Shown: piece after piece, positions 27,693 through 42,828 of the stretch
How positions within the stretch are numbered: the stretch's first letter is position 1
How the letters are laid out: each line of letters opens with the position of its first letter
Source: the human T2T-CHM13v2.0 reference genome, Homo sapiens
Reading direction: 5' to 3' (one strand)
Assembly (NCBI RefSeq): GCF_009914755.1
Contig: NC_060947.1
DNA length: 64,000 nucleotides
The notes under the pieces: generated by a model
What the model was told of the DNA's origin: nothing
The model's input: the letters and a program-made list of their open reading frames with translations, nothing else
Database searches by the model: none
Program-made: the position numbers and the translations under genes

Positions 27693-30417
27693 TACTGTGG
27701 TTTCAGTCATAATGTCTCCTTTTTCATCTCTGATTTTGTATATTTGTGTCTTCTCTCTTTCTTCTCAGTTTGCCTAAAAGTTTGTCAATTATGTCTTCAA
27801 AAAGCCAACTTTTCATTTCTTTGATCTTGTGTATCATTTCCTTATTTCAATTTCATCTATTTCTCCTCCGATCTTTATTATTTATTTTCTTCTACTAATG
27901 TTGAGTTTGGTTTGCTCTTGTTTTTCCAGTTTTTTAAGATGCATAGTTAGGTTATGTATTTGAAGTTTTTCTTTTTCTTTTTTTTTTTAAATGTAAGCAC
28001 TTACAGCTATAAACTTTCCGCTTAGTAGTACTTTTGCTGTTCCCATAGGTTTTGATATGTTGTGTTTTTATTATCATTTGTTTTAAAACATCTTTCAATT
28101 TTCTTCTTAATTTCTTCATTGACTCACTGGTAATTCAGCATTTTATTTAATTTCCCTGTGTTTGTATAGTTCCCAAATACCTCTTGTTATTGATTTCTAG
28201 GCTTATCAAATGGTGTTTTTAGAAGATGCTTGATATGATTTCAATTTTTTGGATGTTTAAAGACCCATTTTGTGACTTAAGGTATGGTCTATCCTTGAGA
28301 ATGATCCATGTGCTGAAGAAAAGAATGCGTATTATGCAGCTGTTGGATGAAATGTTCTGTAAATATCTATTAGGTCCATTTGCTCTATAGGGCAGATTAA
28401 GTCAGATGTTTAATTTGCTGCCTGAAAGATCTGTCCAGTGCTAAAAGTGGGGTGCTGAAGTCTCCAGCTATTATTGTGTTGGGGTCTATTACTCTCTTTA
28501 ACTCTAATATTTTTTTATATATATTTGGGTGCTCCAGCGTTGGGTGAATATTTATTTACTATTGTTATATCCTCTTTCTGAATTGACTACTTTATCATTA
28601 TACTATAACCTTCTTTGTCTCTTTTTTCAGTTTTTGCCTTGAAATCCATTTTGTCTGATATCAGTATAGCTACTCCTGCTCTTTTTTGGTTTCCATTGAC
28701 ACAGAATATCTTTTTTCATTTTGTAAATTTTCAGTCTGTGTGTACATTTATAGATGAACTATGTTTATTGTAATCAACACATCATTGGGAATTGCTTTTT
28801 TTATCCATTCAGCTGTTTTATGCCTTTTGATTGGAGAGTTTAGTCTATTTATATTCAATGTAATTATTGATAAGTAAAGACTTACTCCTTCCTTTTTGTT
28901 ATTGGTTTTCTGTTTGTTTTGTGGTCTTTTCTTCCTTTTCTTCATCCTTCCTGTCTTACTTTTACTGAAGGTGATTTTCTCTGGTGGCAAGATTTAATTT
29001 CTTGGTCTTTAATTTTTGTATATCCATTTTAGGGTTGTTTTTTGAGATTACCATGAGGCTTGCAAATATCATCTTATAACCCATTATTTTAAGCTGATAA
29101 CACCTTAACATTGTTTGCATAAACAAACAAGCAAAAATAAAACTAATAAAAACTTTACACCTTAACTTTGTTTCCCTAGTTTTTAACTTTTTTGTTTCTG
29201 TTTATATCTTGTTATACTGTCTTGTAATTATTATTTTTGAGTGGTTAATTGTTTAGCCTTTCTACTTAGGATAACAGTAGTTTATACACCACAGTTACAG
29301 TGTTATATTATTCTGTGTTTTTCTGTGTGCTTACTGTCACCAGTGAGTTTTATACCTTGGGATGATTTCTTCCTGCTCATTAATGTCCTTTTCTTTCAGA
29401 TTGAAGCATTCCCTTTAGCATTTCTTGTAGCACGTATCTGGTGTTTATGAAATTCCTCAGCTTTTGTTTCTCTGGGAAAATATTTATTTCTCCTTCGTGC
29501 TCCAAGGATATTTTTGCCAATTTTTGCTATTATCTGGTAAAAGTTTTTTCCTTCAGCACTTTAAATATGTCCTGACTATCTCTTCTGGCCTGTAAGGTTT
29601 CGACTGAAAAGTTTGCTGCCAGATGTAATGGAGCTTTGTTGTATGTTATTTGTTTCTTCTCTCTTGCTGCTTTTAGGTTCTTTTCCTTAGAATTGACCTT
29701 TGGGAAGTTGATTATTAAATGCCTTGAGGTAGTCTTCTTTAGGTTAAATCTGCTTGGTGTTCTATAACTTTCTTGTACTTGAATGTTGATATCACTCTCT
29801 AGGTTTGAGAAATTTCCTGATATTATCCATTTAAATATACTTTCTACCCCTATCTGTTTCTCTACCTCCTTTTGAAGGCCAATAACTCTTATATGTGCCC
29901 TTTCGAGGTTATTACCTAGATAGCAATAGCTTTCAAGTGTGCTTTATGCTTTCATATTCTTTTTTCTTTTATCTACGTTGACTTTTCAAATAGCCTGTCT
30001 TTACGTTCACTAATTATTTCTTCTGCTTGATTAATTCTGCTGTTAAAAGAGTCGATGCATTCTTTAGTATGCCAATTTCAATTTTCAACTCCATAATTTC
30101 TGCTTGATACTTTTAAATTATTGCTATCTCTTTGTAAGTTTATCTGATAGAATTCTAAATTCATACTCTGTGCTATCTTGAATCTCTTTGAGTTTTCTCA
30201 AAGCAGATATTTTGAATTATCTGTCTCAAAGGGCATATATCTCTGTTTCTTCAGGATTGATCTGTGATGTTTTATTTAGTTCCTTTGGTGAGAATATGTT
30301 TTCCTGGAGGTTACTGATGCTCGTAGATGTTTGTTTATGTCTGTATATTGAGGAGTTCGGTGTTCATTGTACTCTTCACAGTCTGGGATTGTTTCCCATC
30401 TTTCTTCGGATGGTCTT

Positions 30418-33125
30418 TGATATGGTTTGGCTTTGTCTCCACCAAAACCTCATCTTGAATTGTAACTCCTACAATTGCCACTTGTCATGGGAGGAACGCG
30501 GTGGGAGGTGATTGAATTATGGGGGCAGGTCTTTCCTGCACTGTTCTCATGATTGTGAATAGTCTTACGAGATTCGATGGTTTTAAAAATGGGAGTTTGC
30601 CTGCACAATCTCTCTTCTCTTGTCTGCTGCCATGTGAGATATGCCCTTCACCTTCCACCAAGATTGTGAGGCCTCCCCAGCCTCGTGGAATTGTAAGTCC
30701 AATAAACCTCTTTCCTGTATAAATTGTGCAGTCTTGGGTATGTCTTTATCATACCCAAGCATGAAAATGGACTAATACAGTAAATTGGAACCAGTAGAGA
30801 GGGGCGCTGCTGAAAAGATACCCGAAAATGTGGAAGCAACTTTGGAACTGGTTGGCAGAGGTTGGAACAGTTTGGAGGGCTCAGAAGAAGACAGGACAAT
30901 TTGAGAAAGTTTGGAATTTCCTAGCGACTTGTTAAATGGCTTTGCCCAAGATTCTGATAGTGATAAGGACAATAAAGTCCAGGCTGAGGTGGTCTCAGAT
31001 GAAGATGAGGAACTTATTGGGAACTGGAGCAAAGGTGATTCTTGTTATGTTTTAGCAAGGGGACTGGCGGTATTTTGCCCATGCCCTAGAAATTTCTGAA
31101 ACTTTGAACTTGAGAGATATGATTTAGGGTATCTGGTGGAAGAGATTTATTTTATTTTATTTCATTTTATTTTATTTTAAATTCTGGGATATATGTGCAG
31201 AAAATGCAGATTCATTACATAGGTATACGTGTGCCACGGTGGTTTGCTGCACCTATCTACTCATCATCTAGGTTCTAAGCCTCGCATGCATTAGCTATTT
31301 GTCCTGATGCTGTCGCTCCCCTCACCCCCTACCTCCCAACCGGCCCCAGTGTGTGATGTTACCCTCCCTGTGTCCATGTGTTCTCATTGTTCAACTCCCA
31401 CTTATGAGTGGGAACATGTGGTTTTTGGTTTTCGGTTCCTGTGTTAGTTTGCTGAGGATGTTGGCATCCAGCTTCATCCATGTCCCTGCAAAGGACATGA
31501 TCTCATTCCTTTTTACGGCTGCATAGTATTCCATGGTGTATATGTACCACATTTTCTTTATCCAGTCTATTACTGATGGGCATTTGGGTTGGTTCCATGT
31601 TTTTGCTATTGTAAATAGTGCTGCAATAAACATAGTGTGCATGTATCTTTATAGTAAAATGATTTATATTCCTTTGGGATTCCTTTGCTTGGTCAAATGG
31701 TATTTCTGGTCCTAGATCCTTGAAGAGTTGCCACACTATCTTCCACAATTGTTGAACTAATTTACATTCCCACCAACAGTGTCAAAGCATTCCTATTTGT
31801 TCACAGCCTACAGCATCTATTGTTTCTTGACTTTTTAATAATCATCATTCTGACTGGCATGAGATGGTATCTCATTGTGGTTTCAATTTGTATTTCTCTA
31901 ATGATCAGTGATGTTGAGGGTTTTTTGTGTATGTTTGTTGGCCACATAAATGTCTTCTTCTGAGAAGTGTCTGTTCATATCATTTGCCCCCTTTTTGATG
32001 GGGTTATTTGTGGGTTTTTTTTTTTTTTTTCGTAACTGTGTGAGTTCCTTGTAGATTCTGGATATTAGACCTTTGTCAGATGGGTAGATTGCAAAAATTT
32101 TCTCCTATTCTGTAGGTTGCCTGGTGGAAGAAATTTCTAAGCAGCAAATCATTCAAGATGTGACTTGGGTGCTGTTAAAGGCATTCAGTTTTATAAGGGA
32201 AGGAGAGCATAAAAGTTCAGAAAATTCAGAGCCTGACAATGTAATAGAAAAGAAAATCTCATTTTCTGAGGAGAAATTAAAGCGGGCTACAGAAATTTGC
32301 ACAAGTAACAAGGAGCCCAATGTTAATCCCCAAGACAAAGGGGTCCAGGGCATGTTAGAGGTCTTCATGGCAGCCCCTCTAATCACAGGCTCAGAGGCCT
32401 AGGAGGATAACATGGTTTTGTGGGCCAGGCTCAAGGTCCCCATGCTGTGTACAGCCCAGGGACTTGGTGCCCTATGTCCCAGGAGCTCCAGCCATGGCTG
32501 AAAAGGGCCAACATGGAACTCAGGCCATGGCTTCAGAGGGCGCAAGCCTCAAGCTTTGGCAGTATCCACGTGGTATAGAGCCTGCAATTGCACAGAAGTC
32601 AAGAATTGAGGTTTGGGAACCTCTGACTAGATTTCAGAAGAGGTATGGAAATGCCTGGATGTCCAGGCAGAAGTTTGCTGCAGGGGCAGGGCTCTCAAGA
32701 AGAACCTTTGCCAGCACAGTTTGAAAGCAATGTGAGAACATGAGATTTGGGAAGGGCCAGGGGTGGAATGATATGGTTTGGCTGAGTCCCCACCCAAACC
32801 TCATCTTGAATTGTAACACCCACAATTGCCATGTGTCGTGGGAGGAACCCAGAGGGAGGTGATTGAAATGGGGACGGGTCTTTCCTATGCTGTTCTTGTG
32901 AAAGTGAATGAGTCTCAGGAGATCTGATGGTTTTAAAAATGAGAGTTTGCCTGCACAAGCTCTCTTCTCTTGTCTGCTGCCATGTGAGACTTGCCTTTCC
33001 CCTTCTGTTATGATTATGAGGCCTCTCCAGCCACCTAGAACTGTAAATCCAATAAACCTCTTTCCTGTATAAGTTGCCCAGTCTTGGATATGTCTTTATC
33101 AGCAGTGTGAAAATGGACTAATACC
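30418..33125 (+). mobile_element. THE1 (ERVL-MaLR, THE1A/B-like) provirus: LTR 30418-30779, internal region, LTR 32769-33125
   Basis: Two direct ~360-bp repeats tgatatggtttggct...aaaatggactaatac. The internal region starts gtaaattggaaccagtagag and ends in the purine tract gggaagggccaggggtggaa. Confidence 0.95.
31149..32120 (-). mobile_element. 5'-truncated L1PA8/8A-like element inside the THE1 internal region
   Basis: (TTTTA)n tail; antisense ORF2 C-terminus ([25 protein letters not shown]); TSD ctggtggaaga(g/a)attt at 31133 and 32121. Confidence 0.95.
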
Positions 33126-35087
33126 ACTTTCCAGGTCCTAAAAGAGACTTGAACCCCAAGCCCAATACTACTGTCATCCATGGAGACTCATAGAAGCACT
33201 GCCTTGGTGGTCTTGTAAAAGATTTGGAAGAATTAAAGTTGGAGCCACCAACACTGTGACTGTGCTTGGGCAGACCTGAAACCAGCACAGCACTGGGTCT
33301 CACCCAAGGCCCACTGTAACCACTACCAGGCTCCTTTCTATGTTAACTCAAGGCCCTAGGGCTCTACAATCAGCAGGTGGGAAATCCAGCCATGTTTGTG
33401 ACCTCTTCTTCAGGGCAGCAAGTTTTCCAGGCCCTGTGCCGGTCCAGAGATGCTATCTGGGAGCCAAGAATTAGAGTCAAATACCTTAAAAATCTACCTG
33501 GTATTCTATTGTACTATGGCTAAGCTGGTTCTTGAACCACAAGACAAAGTCCTTCTCCTCTTCTCTCCCCTTTTCACAGGCAGAGGAGCCTCTCCCAGTG
33601 GACACCACCACCACCAGCCCACAGGGATTTCTGCCAGGCCACTGCTAATGTTCACTTAAAGCCCAAGGGCTGCTCAGTCAGCTTGTGGTAAATGCTGCCA
33701 GGCCTGGGACTCACCCTTCATGGAAGTGGGCTCCCCTCTGGCCCAGGGCAGGTTCATAAATGTTATCCAAGAGGCTAGGCCTGGACTTAGGGACCCCAAG
33801 AACCTGCTTTATGCTGTACCCCACTGTGGATAAGCTGATACCTAAGGTGTAAGAAAAGTTCCCTTTGCTTTTCCCTCTGCTTTTCTGAAGCAGTAGGAGT
33901 CTTTCATCACAGCCACCACAGCTGGGAATGTGCTGGGTCTCACCTGAAGCCAGCATGTCTCACAATCTCACTGAAGTCCCACCATGTACTATCTGGTTAT
34001 CACTGATGGTTACTCAGAGTCTATTGAATTATGCCACAATTGTGTCCTTCCCTTCAAATCAGCAGATTACTTTCTGGCCCAGGGTATGTCTAGCATGTCA
34101 TCCAACATCCAGGGCCTAGAAATAGGGACCTCACAACTCTGCCTAGTGCCCTATCTTATTTTGGCTGAGCTGGTATCCAAGATGCAAGGCAAAGTCCTCT
34201 TTACTCTTTGCTCTCCTCTCCTCAAGCACTGCCTGGGGCTGGGGGGATTGGAGGGGGAAGTTGACACAAGCACTCCCTTAGTTTCCCCGGTTGATGTCTC
34301 CCTAGGTCACATGTTGCTCTGGTCCCCTGGCTCTAGGCCCAGCCCAGCACTAGGACATGCTTAGGAATTTTAGTCTTTGTGCTTTTGACTGCCTTTCAAA
34401 TTTACCCAGGATCTCAGAGCGCTTTACCCCATGGTGGCAAGGCTTGATGAGAAACTCAAGTTCCAACCACTGGGATGGGGAATTCCCCTCTGGCTAGGGC
34501 TGGTCCAAATGTTCATTCTGTGGGTGGGTGATGGCTGAGCCCAGCAAGACTTTGCTCACCACTGTGACAGGGCAGCACTGAGTCCAATGCCGAGTCCTCC
34601 AGTCGCTGTTGTTTCTCTCTCCCAAGTGCAAAGATTCTCTCCTTGCATACAGCCACTGCCAGCGATATGGGAGGGGTGACGTCCATGATACACGACTGTC
34701 TTTCCTAGCCTTCTCAGTGCCTCTTTTGGTGATATGAAGTTAAAACCAAGTAATGTGATTGCTAACCTGATTTTTGACCTTATGACATTGCTTTTTGTGT
34801 GTGTGTAGTTAGTTGTTAGACTTTTATGTTCCTGTCAAGTGGACAATCAGTGGAGGCTTCTGGTTGGCCATTTTTCTCTGGGGTGGGACAGAGATTTTAC
34901 CAAAGACTAATTAATGCATTTTGAAAATTGGATAAATATTTCCTCATTCAATAGTTTCAGAATTTCATTATTAAGACAAAACTATTGCTACATGTTTTGA
35001 ATGTTTTAGAAATTGCTGATTATGTTATTGATTATATCTAAAATCTCAATATATCTGCACATGAAAAAAAGAGAAATAATGCTACTT

Positions 35088-35299
35088 TTTTATTTACCTA
35101 AGACATAATATTTTACATATTTATGGGATACTTGTGAGTATTTGTCACATGTATAGAATGAGTAATGATCAAGTCAGGGTATTTGAAGCATCCATCACCT
35201 TGACTATTTATCATTTGTATGGGTTGGTAACATTTCATGTCCTCTTTTCCACCTACTTTGAATTATACAATATATTTTTACCAACTATAGTCACTTTAG
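35088..35299 (-). mobile_element. L1MA5-like 3' end fragment
   Basis: gtaatgatcaagtcagggtatttgaagcatccatcacc motif; 10-bp TSD aatgctactt (35078, 35300). Confidence 0.85.
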
Positions 35300-35803
35300 A
35301 ATGCTACTTATTCTTAATTTTGCCACTCCTCCTTCAACAAAGTATAGAATTATGGTGACTTTTAAAACATTACGTTTTGAAAAGTATGCATATTCATATA
35401 CTTGACTACAAATTATAAAACCTAATTAAAATTATTTTCTTATACAATCACCAAATCTATACTGTTCTGTATTGTATTATTCTACGGTAAGAGAGTTTTT
35501 GTGTTTCAGTCTTGATACTTTGCTCACAATAATCCAATGCAAATCAGTACAACACAAACTGACTATTCAAACATGTAGTGTTTTGAAATCACAGCCCAAG
35601 ATATATGCTTCTTCCTAAATTTTCACATTAAAAACGTCAATGTAAGGTTACATGTATTGGTAGTTAGATCAGAAAAGAAGTAAATAATTCTGAGTTCTAT
35701 TCCTTGAACTTCTATTGATTTTAATACACCATGTATATATTTAGCAGGTGCAAAAAAATTAATGAGTACCACACAAATATTACAGTTTAAAAAATAGCCT
35801 CTA

Positions 35804-36120
<317 letters not shown>

Positions 36121-36748
36121 TTATAGTGAGACATGGGATTATTGATAAATCAATTTTAATAAATAGTATAAAATCCTAAAACAACTAAAGTATCTAAACG
36201 TAATTTAACTTTTAATTACAGTATTATGTGATAAGAATACGAGTGTGAATATTTCCCATGCAATCCATTAAAATTTAATATTTTATTAAATTAAGAAACA
36301 CCATAAATAGCTTAAGATATCTTAAAATATTATATTATTAAATTAAAATATATCATGAAAGATAATGTCACATTCTTCGGTGAACAATCAGAAATCCTTG
36401 TCTTGAATGAATTATCAACTAAATATATTTACTTTTATTAAATACATGCATAAATGTTAATAGAAAATTAATCTGTGTTAAATGAATATGTCTTTCTGAA
36501 GATTTCTGTACATCATATTATATGGCTCAGATTAAGACACACACTTTACAAAATCTAGCATTTCTGAGTATAAAATCTTCTGACAAAATTTTTTTTCTTA
36601 TGAGCACCTACCATGTGATTTTAGAGTAACATACATACATTAATTTTCTCTCAATGAACTACATTTAGCTATTTATTGGCTACTTCCAAATACACACAAA
36701 TAATTATTTGAATAAAGATTATAGCTCAGGAAGCTATAAAGTTGTTGC

Positions 36749-37052
36749 TTTTTTTTTTTTTTTTTTTTTTGAGAGGGAGTCTTACTCTGTTGCCCAGGCT
36801 GGAGTGTAGTGGGGTGATCTCAGCTCATGCAACCTACACCTCCCGGGTTCAAGCGATTCTCTGCCTTGGCCTCCTGAGTAGCTGGGATTGCAGGCTCCCA
36901 CCCCCACACCCAGCTAATTTTTTCTGTATTTTTTAGTAAAGATGGGGTTTTGCCATCTTGGCCAGGCTGGTCTTGAACTCCTGACCTCGTCATCCACCCG
37001 CCTCAGCCTCCCAAAGTACTGGGATTACAGACGTGAGCCACCGCGCCCGGCC
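36749..37052 (-). mobile_element. AluS SINE
   Basis: Poly-T then Alu antisense; degenerate TSD gttgttgctttt / gttgatcatttt. Confidence 0.96.
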
Positions 37053-39289
37053 GTTGATCATTTTTTAAGAACACATTTCTGTGATTTTCAGTTTATTATA
37101 CCATTGTAGGTAACCTAAAAATAGCTGTGCATTTTCGATATATTAGATATTTTTATGTTGTTATTGAAGGAAAAAAACCTAGCTTTCTACTTGAAAGAGA
37201 TGATACTTGTTCATTAATATTTATGTGTTTTAAAAGTGAGGGAGAATATTTTTTCAAAAATTAAATATTGCCTCTTTTGGCATATTGGCACATAAGCAAG
37301 CCAGCACTTAATAATACAAATAATTTCTTTAACATATTTTACTTTTCTTGACTTCATTTCAGTTGAAATTACATTGTAATTTCTGCAATTAGTGATCTTA
37401 GCTTTACTGTTTTCCCTGTCAGTTCAATGAAGTAGTGATTGGACAAAATGTGGAGGATTGGGCTATAAAACATTTAATCTATGCATAACTGAAAGCCTAA
37501 AAGATCTCTAGCAGATTTCCTGGGTTGTTATCCCATAAGGCTCATAATTTCTAAAATACACCAAAGTTTATGTTTAGGAATACACATGTTTTACAAAATA
37601 AATACACTGATATTCTCTTAGTCTTTCATCAAAGTACTAAATGATCTTTGCCTTTCTAACTTCCATGGGCCACTGGTCCTTGGTGATGGAGCCATGACCT
37701 GGAGCTAAAAAACAAAATGAACATATCCAGAAATATAATGTCTTGGCTGCTGTAACTTACAAGGAAATGTTCACTGTATGAAAAACAGCTTCACAGAAAT
37801 ACTAAGTTGTCAATTTATCAGTCAAAATTATGTGTAACCGCCAGTGTACGATCATATACAAATCCTAATATAAAATTTTAATTTGCCTTTAAATAGCTTG
37901 AATTTCATTGACAAACATCCTATCATAGGCATAACTTTCTTGAAGTTTAAAATAGCAGCATTAATGTATTAATTATAATCTTGCATTTTTAGATGATTGA
38001 TAGAGTTAAAAAGAGATATTCCAACTCATTTATAATCTTGCGAGGCTGAAATACTAAGTAAACTATTAGTTCAACTTGTCACTTTAATATAAGGACATTG
38101 TTGAAATTCCTAAGGATATAGTCTAGCTGCTTGGCAATGGATTGCAGTGAAATTCATTGAGAGTTCATTGAACATGGAAAGGATGTAATTTATTTAAATC
38201 CTTCACTTATTAAATCAGGATTTGAATTTTTTTAATATTTTATTTTTTTTCCAACTAATGAAATGGACTTGAAAAGAATTAGCAAAATCTTTGTAGAGTT
38301 GTGACAAAGTAATTCTGATGACTATGTTGTCTACTAAAGTTTTTACTGATAAGCGCTGAAGGCTGAATTGAGATGAATACATTCACTGTTGTTTAGAGGA
38401 TTTGTTTTTATTTTGATTTGTTTTACAGAAAGATATTCAGTTTTAAATACCTTATAGAATAGTCTTGCCCATATCTCCCTTTCCATATAAATAATAAGAT
38501 CATATTCTTGCATATTTAATGAGCATATAGATTAACAAAAAGTTTACAAAGGAACTCCTGTGTTTCTTAATAAATAATCATATAAGTAACAGAAGGTAAA
38601 ATTTTTCCACAGCTTTATTAAATTGATTAGTAAGTACAGACTTTTGAAGCATAAAGTTTTAAATATGTAAAAATTTAGCTTCTGATTTTGTGTCTTTGTC
38701 TCTACCTCCCTCATACTTTTTGATTTCATGGGGTTTTTTGTTGTTGTTCTTTGCATTTAAGTTATGCATTTGCTCTCAGCCGTGCTTTCATCTATTCTTT
38801 TGAGATTTCAAATATTAAAACCTTAAGTGTGATCTTTGCAGGTGTATTGTCAAGATAAAATTCATGAATTCTCTCTAAGAGAAATGTCTTTAGACTTAGT
38901 AAAGGGTTACTACTATACTGTTTTCTGATTGATGCAAGTACTGTGGAGCTTAAAAGTCAAAATGGTAGATATGAAAATGAGTTTTTTGGGGAATACTTTA
39001 TTTGCATCAAATAATGTGTAAGATATATTGGCACATCTGTATGATTATGTGTCCTCAGCCCTGTCATACCCATCATTTCTTTCACTGAATTACAGAAGGG
39101 ATTCCTAAGGAGAAAACCACATAATTCCTGTTTGTAATTGGCAATTATAAGGAAAGACAAGCTTTAAATTAAATCTTGATAAAAACTGATCATGCTCTTT
39201 CTAAAATGACAACATAGACTTTTTCTCTCCTCCTCTGCTCTAATAAATGAATTAGGCACAACTGTAGATTTCAAGACGTTCATGATGTT

Positions 39290-39757
39290 TTAGAAGCTCA
39301 GGGGGATAGAAAGATCAATTACACCTGGTACCTGCCCTTAGGGAGCTTGTAGTCAAATTAGTGCAGATAAGAAACAAAGGCATATAATTATAAACTCAGG
39401 AAAAAACTGATTCCAGAATGAAGATAAAGTCTGGACCACAGGATACCAGAGGAAGGAGAGATCTATTTAGACAGAAGGATTACAGTGCAGGTGGTTCTTA
39501 AGCAGGTTGTTGAAAGATCAAATTTAGATATGTGGGTCATCAGGAAAAAAAGGTGTTTCAGAAATAAGAACAGGACTATTAAAGGCACTAACACAGGAAA
39601 TCTCTGGTGTACACTGATACAAATCAAATAGTTCAGTTTCATTGGGTTAATGTATGAAACAGAGTTGTTACAAGGAAATTTGAAATGTTTGATTTGGATC
39701 TTGGATGCCAGGTCAAAGAGTTCAGTTGACATTTACAATTTTGGGGATTGAGAGTCA
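39290..39757 (-). mobile_element. L2 LINE relic
   Basis: Purine-rich antisense L2 motifs (cctgcccttagggagcttgtagtc; gaggaaggagagatc). Boundaries approximate. Confidence 0.6.
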
Positions 39758-39771
39758 GAACAACACTTTCA

Positions 39772-40065
<294 letters not shown>

Positions 40066-40168
40066 GAACAACACTTTCAGAAGTTTATTTTGGCAGGGAT
40101 TCCAGTAAAAAATCTGTCTCTAATATGTTTCACTGTATTTCTAACCATTGCTACTAAAAATACACCAA

Positions 40169-40373
40169 CGATGGTGTGCTGGAGCCAACAAGTACCCACT
40201 TGTGAGAGCCAATTGTGCATCTCTTTCCAATTCTATCTAGTGATATCATGTTGTTAGCTTGAAACAGGAAATAGTGGGAGTATTTATGACGCATAAATTG
40301 GCAAATCCTACAACAGGGTGTTTTTCACCTCTTTTGAGAATTGGTCATTAAATTTTTGACCAACATACCACTG
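40169..40373 (-). mobile_element. MER63A-like hAT MITE
   Basis: TIRs cgatggtgtgctgg ... ccaacataccactg, 205 bp long, internal tgggagtattta motif. Confidence 0.8.
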
Positions 40374-42828
40374 GATGGACACAACATTCTCTATGTTAGT
40401 GTCTACTGGTGATTTTTAAGCATGTAGGTTTTATTTCTCATCAGACCTTTCAAATTGGTAATAGACTGTCTATGAAAAATAGGAGTATTATCACTGTGGC
40501 TTTAATATAAAAGGGAAATGATAATCTACCAAACGCAAAATTATAGTTTGATCCTCCAAGGATTTAAAGACCTTCCAAAATATAATCTTTGGAAGGTACC
40601 GTCTATTTCTTGGAACAAATTAACTAAAAACTAAAAACATGTGTTGTTTGTTTTACATTGATATTGGCACTGTTGTAAATTCTTTTTGTTTTTTGCTCCA
40701 CATAGTGTGTGTTGGCTGATCCAAAAATAAAAAAAGCAAGACAGGGGTGCCAAGGAAAATGGTACTATTTTTTTTTATCTGAGAGGATCAAATGAGCAAC
40801 ATAAATGCCTAAAAAATTACTAGAAAGACAATGCAAATACTTTATTAAACTGAGTAAAATAGCACCATATTTATAGATGATCCACATTATAGTCAATTTT
40901 AGCAGAACATATCCTTCATTACTATTAGAAATACAAAAACTTTTACAAAAATCTTGACTCAAGGCTCTTCTCAAATATAGTTGTCTCCAACATACTTTCC
41001 CATGGGATTAAGTGGTGTTACCTTTGTATTTAAAACATTGTATAATCTGTATAGATTTCCCTTTGAGCTCACAAAATTCAATTAAGAAAAAACATTAACA
41101 AAGGGGAAACCAAATATCCACCTATGCATACACATGCTTACATGAAAAAATAAAATCTAAAATACAAAAGGGGCAAAGAGCAATGGTTTATTTTCTCTTT
41201 AGGATATATCTTGAGAGGAGTAAGATATTTTTGTAATAATACCGTACATTTTAATGGTGTTTAAACACACACTATCTCCTTTGCATAATATATTAATGTG
41301 AAGTATAAAGATTTAGAAAATATACACAATTGATTATCGTATTAATACTGTATCATTTATATTTGGCAATAATTTATATTTCACATTTCTCCATTTATAT
41401 TATTTGAAATGTAAATATTTTTGGTCCCTGTTTTCTATGGGTGTAACCAGTAAAAACTAGGGTTCTACTGCAGTGATTCTTTTTATGCCTTGATAGACCT
41501 TGTTTTATAGGGAGGAACTGAGTCAGGAGCAGTGAAATTGATAGAGCCTCCAGCTCTTTTTGCCAATCAAAACATTTAAGATGATTCTGTTATTTATGTA
41601 CTTTAGCTTTGAGCCTTTGCTTAGCTATATTTAAACTTTAGGATGTGATGCTATTGGGCTATTTATTGAAAGCTGACATATGGCACAGTGAAACCTAAAC
41701 AGAAAATATTTATGGCTTAAATTTCCAGGTTAGGTATAGAAAGGTGAGCAGCATTTTCTATTTTTTGTTGTTGTTGTTTCTAAGAAGTCAGAGTAAATAG
41801 TTTCCCCATCTTCTCATCTTTCAGTCAGAAATTTGAAATCCATTGTGGAAGGAATACAGAGGCATATTTTTGGAAGTCTAATTTAGGAACATGCACACAA
41901 TGTATTTTCCAGCAGTGAGAAGGTTTTAGCACCCCAGAAAAAAAGCAAGCCTTATCCAGCTCAATGAATTGTCAAAATCAAAGTAGCTATATGCACAGGA
42001 GCCACTTTGGATTACCCATTCCTTTTATGGAAGAGCTTTAAGTGCACAATGGAAAGCTGCCTGGGAGGGAAAAGAGTATTTGCATTCTGATGTCTGGGAG
42101 GTAAAATAATACTTGCTGATGACTTTTTTCAGGTCAGGCTAAAGTAATGACATTTGTATCAGCATTAGAAGTAGAAGTACTTAGTAATATACCATGTTTG
42201 TGGATGCCTTAAAATGCAGGAATTTCATGGTTCAGAAGAAATGACCAGTAGTCTAACTTACTGAGGTTTGGAGAAGACATGATCTTCCAGGAACACATCA
42301 TTTCAAAATACAAATAATTCTTGATTACCTATTGATATAAAGCTTTTCTTTTGAAAAAAAAAAAAAAAAACCGACTTTCTCTCTCTTCCTCAACATTTAT
42401 CTTCTCACTTTGGTTATGTTCAAAGTGTCCCTTCTCTCAAATACTCATTATTTAAAACTTTGAGACGAAAGAACTTCCATTTTGTAAGATATGGCTCAAA
42501 GTAAATGAAACAAAAAAGCTCTTATTTAAAGAATAAGCTATCTAGTTTCAATGAGTAAATGCAAGGCACCTAACATTGATAAGCCAGATAAAGAATTACC
42601 AAACAATTCAAAACTTAGATATATTAATTACTGAAAAAGAATATACTTCGTTCTTTTTACATAGCTACTTATCAAAAGAAGCTAAATGTGGCAAAAAGTC
42701 TGAATTTTAATAAATGATTTAGAGGAAAGTAACACTCTTTGGTTGAAAGTGCTACGTGTTAAATGTCTATTAGAAAAATAAATTCATTCTGTGGCATTGG
42801 TAGCTCATGATTTCTCATCAAATACAGT

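Larger units (their letters stand above)
24446..34877 (-). mobile_element. Full-length decayed L1MA2/3-like LINE-1, interrupted by an AluJ and a THE1 provirus
   Basis: T-rich 3' end at 24446; antisense ORF2 remnants ([37 protein letters not shown], 26445-26642); ORF1 and 5'UTR homologous to 1-2848. Degenerate TSD ctggttgggcaaagatttt (24427) / ctggggtgggacagagatttt (34878). Confidence 0.92.

Noticed and set aside
40570-40597. Hairpin accttccaaa-N8-tttggaaggt
   Set aside because: A 10-bp stem is expected about once by chance in 64 kb of AT-rich DNA; no supporting context.
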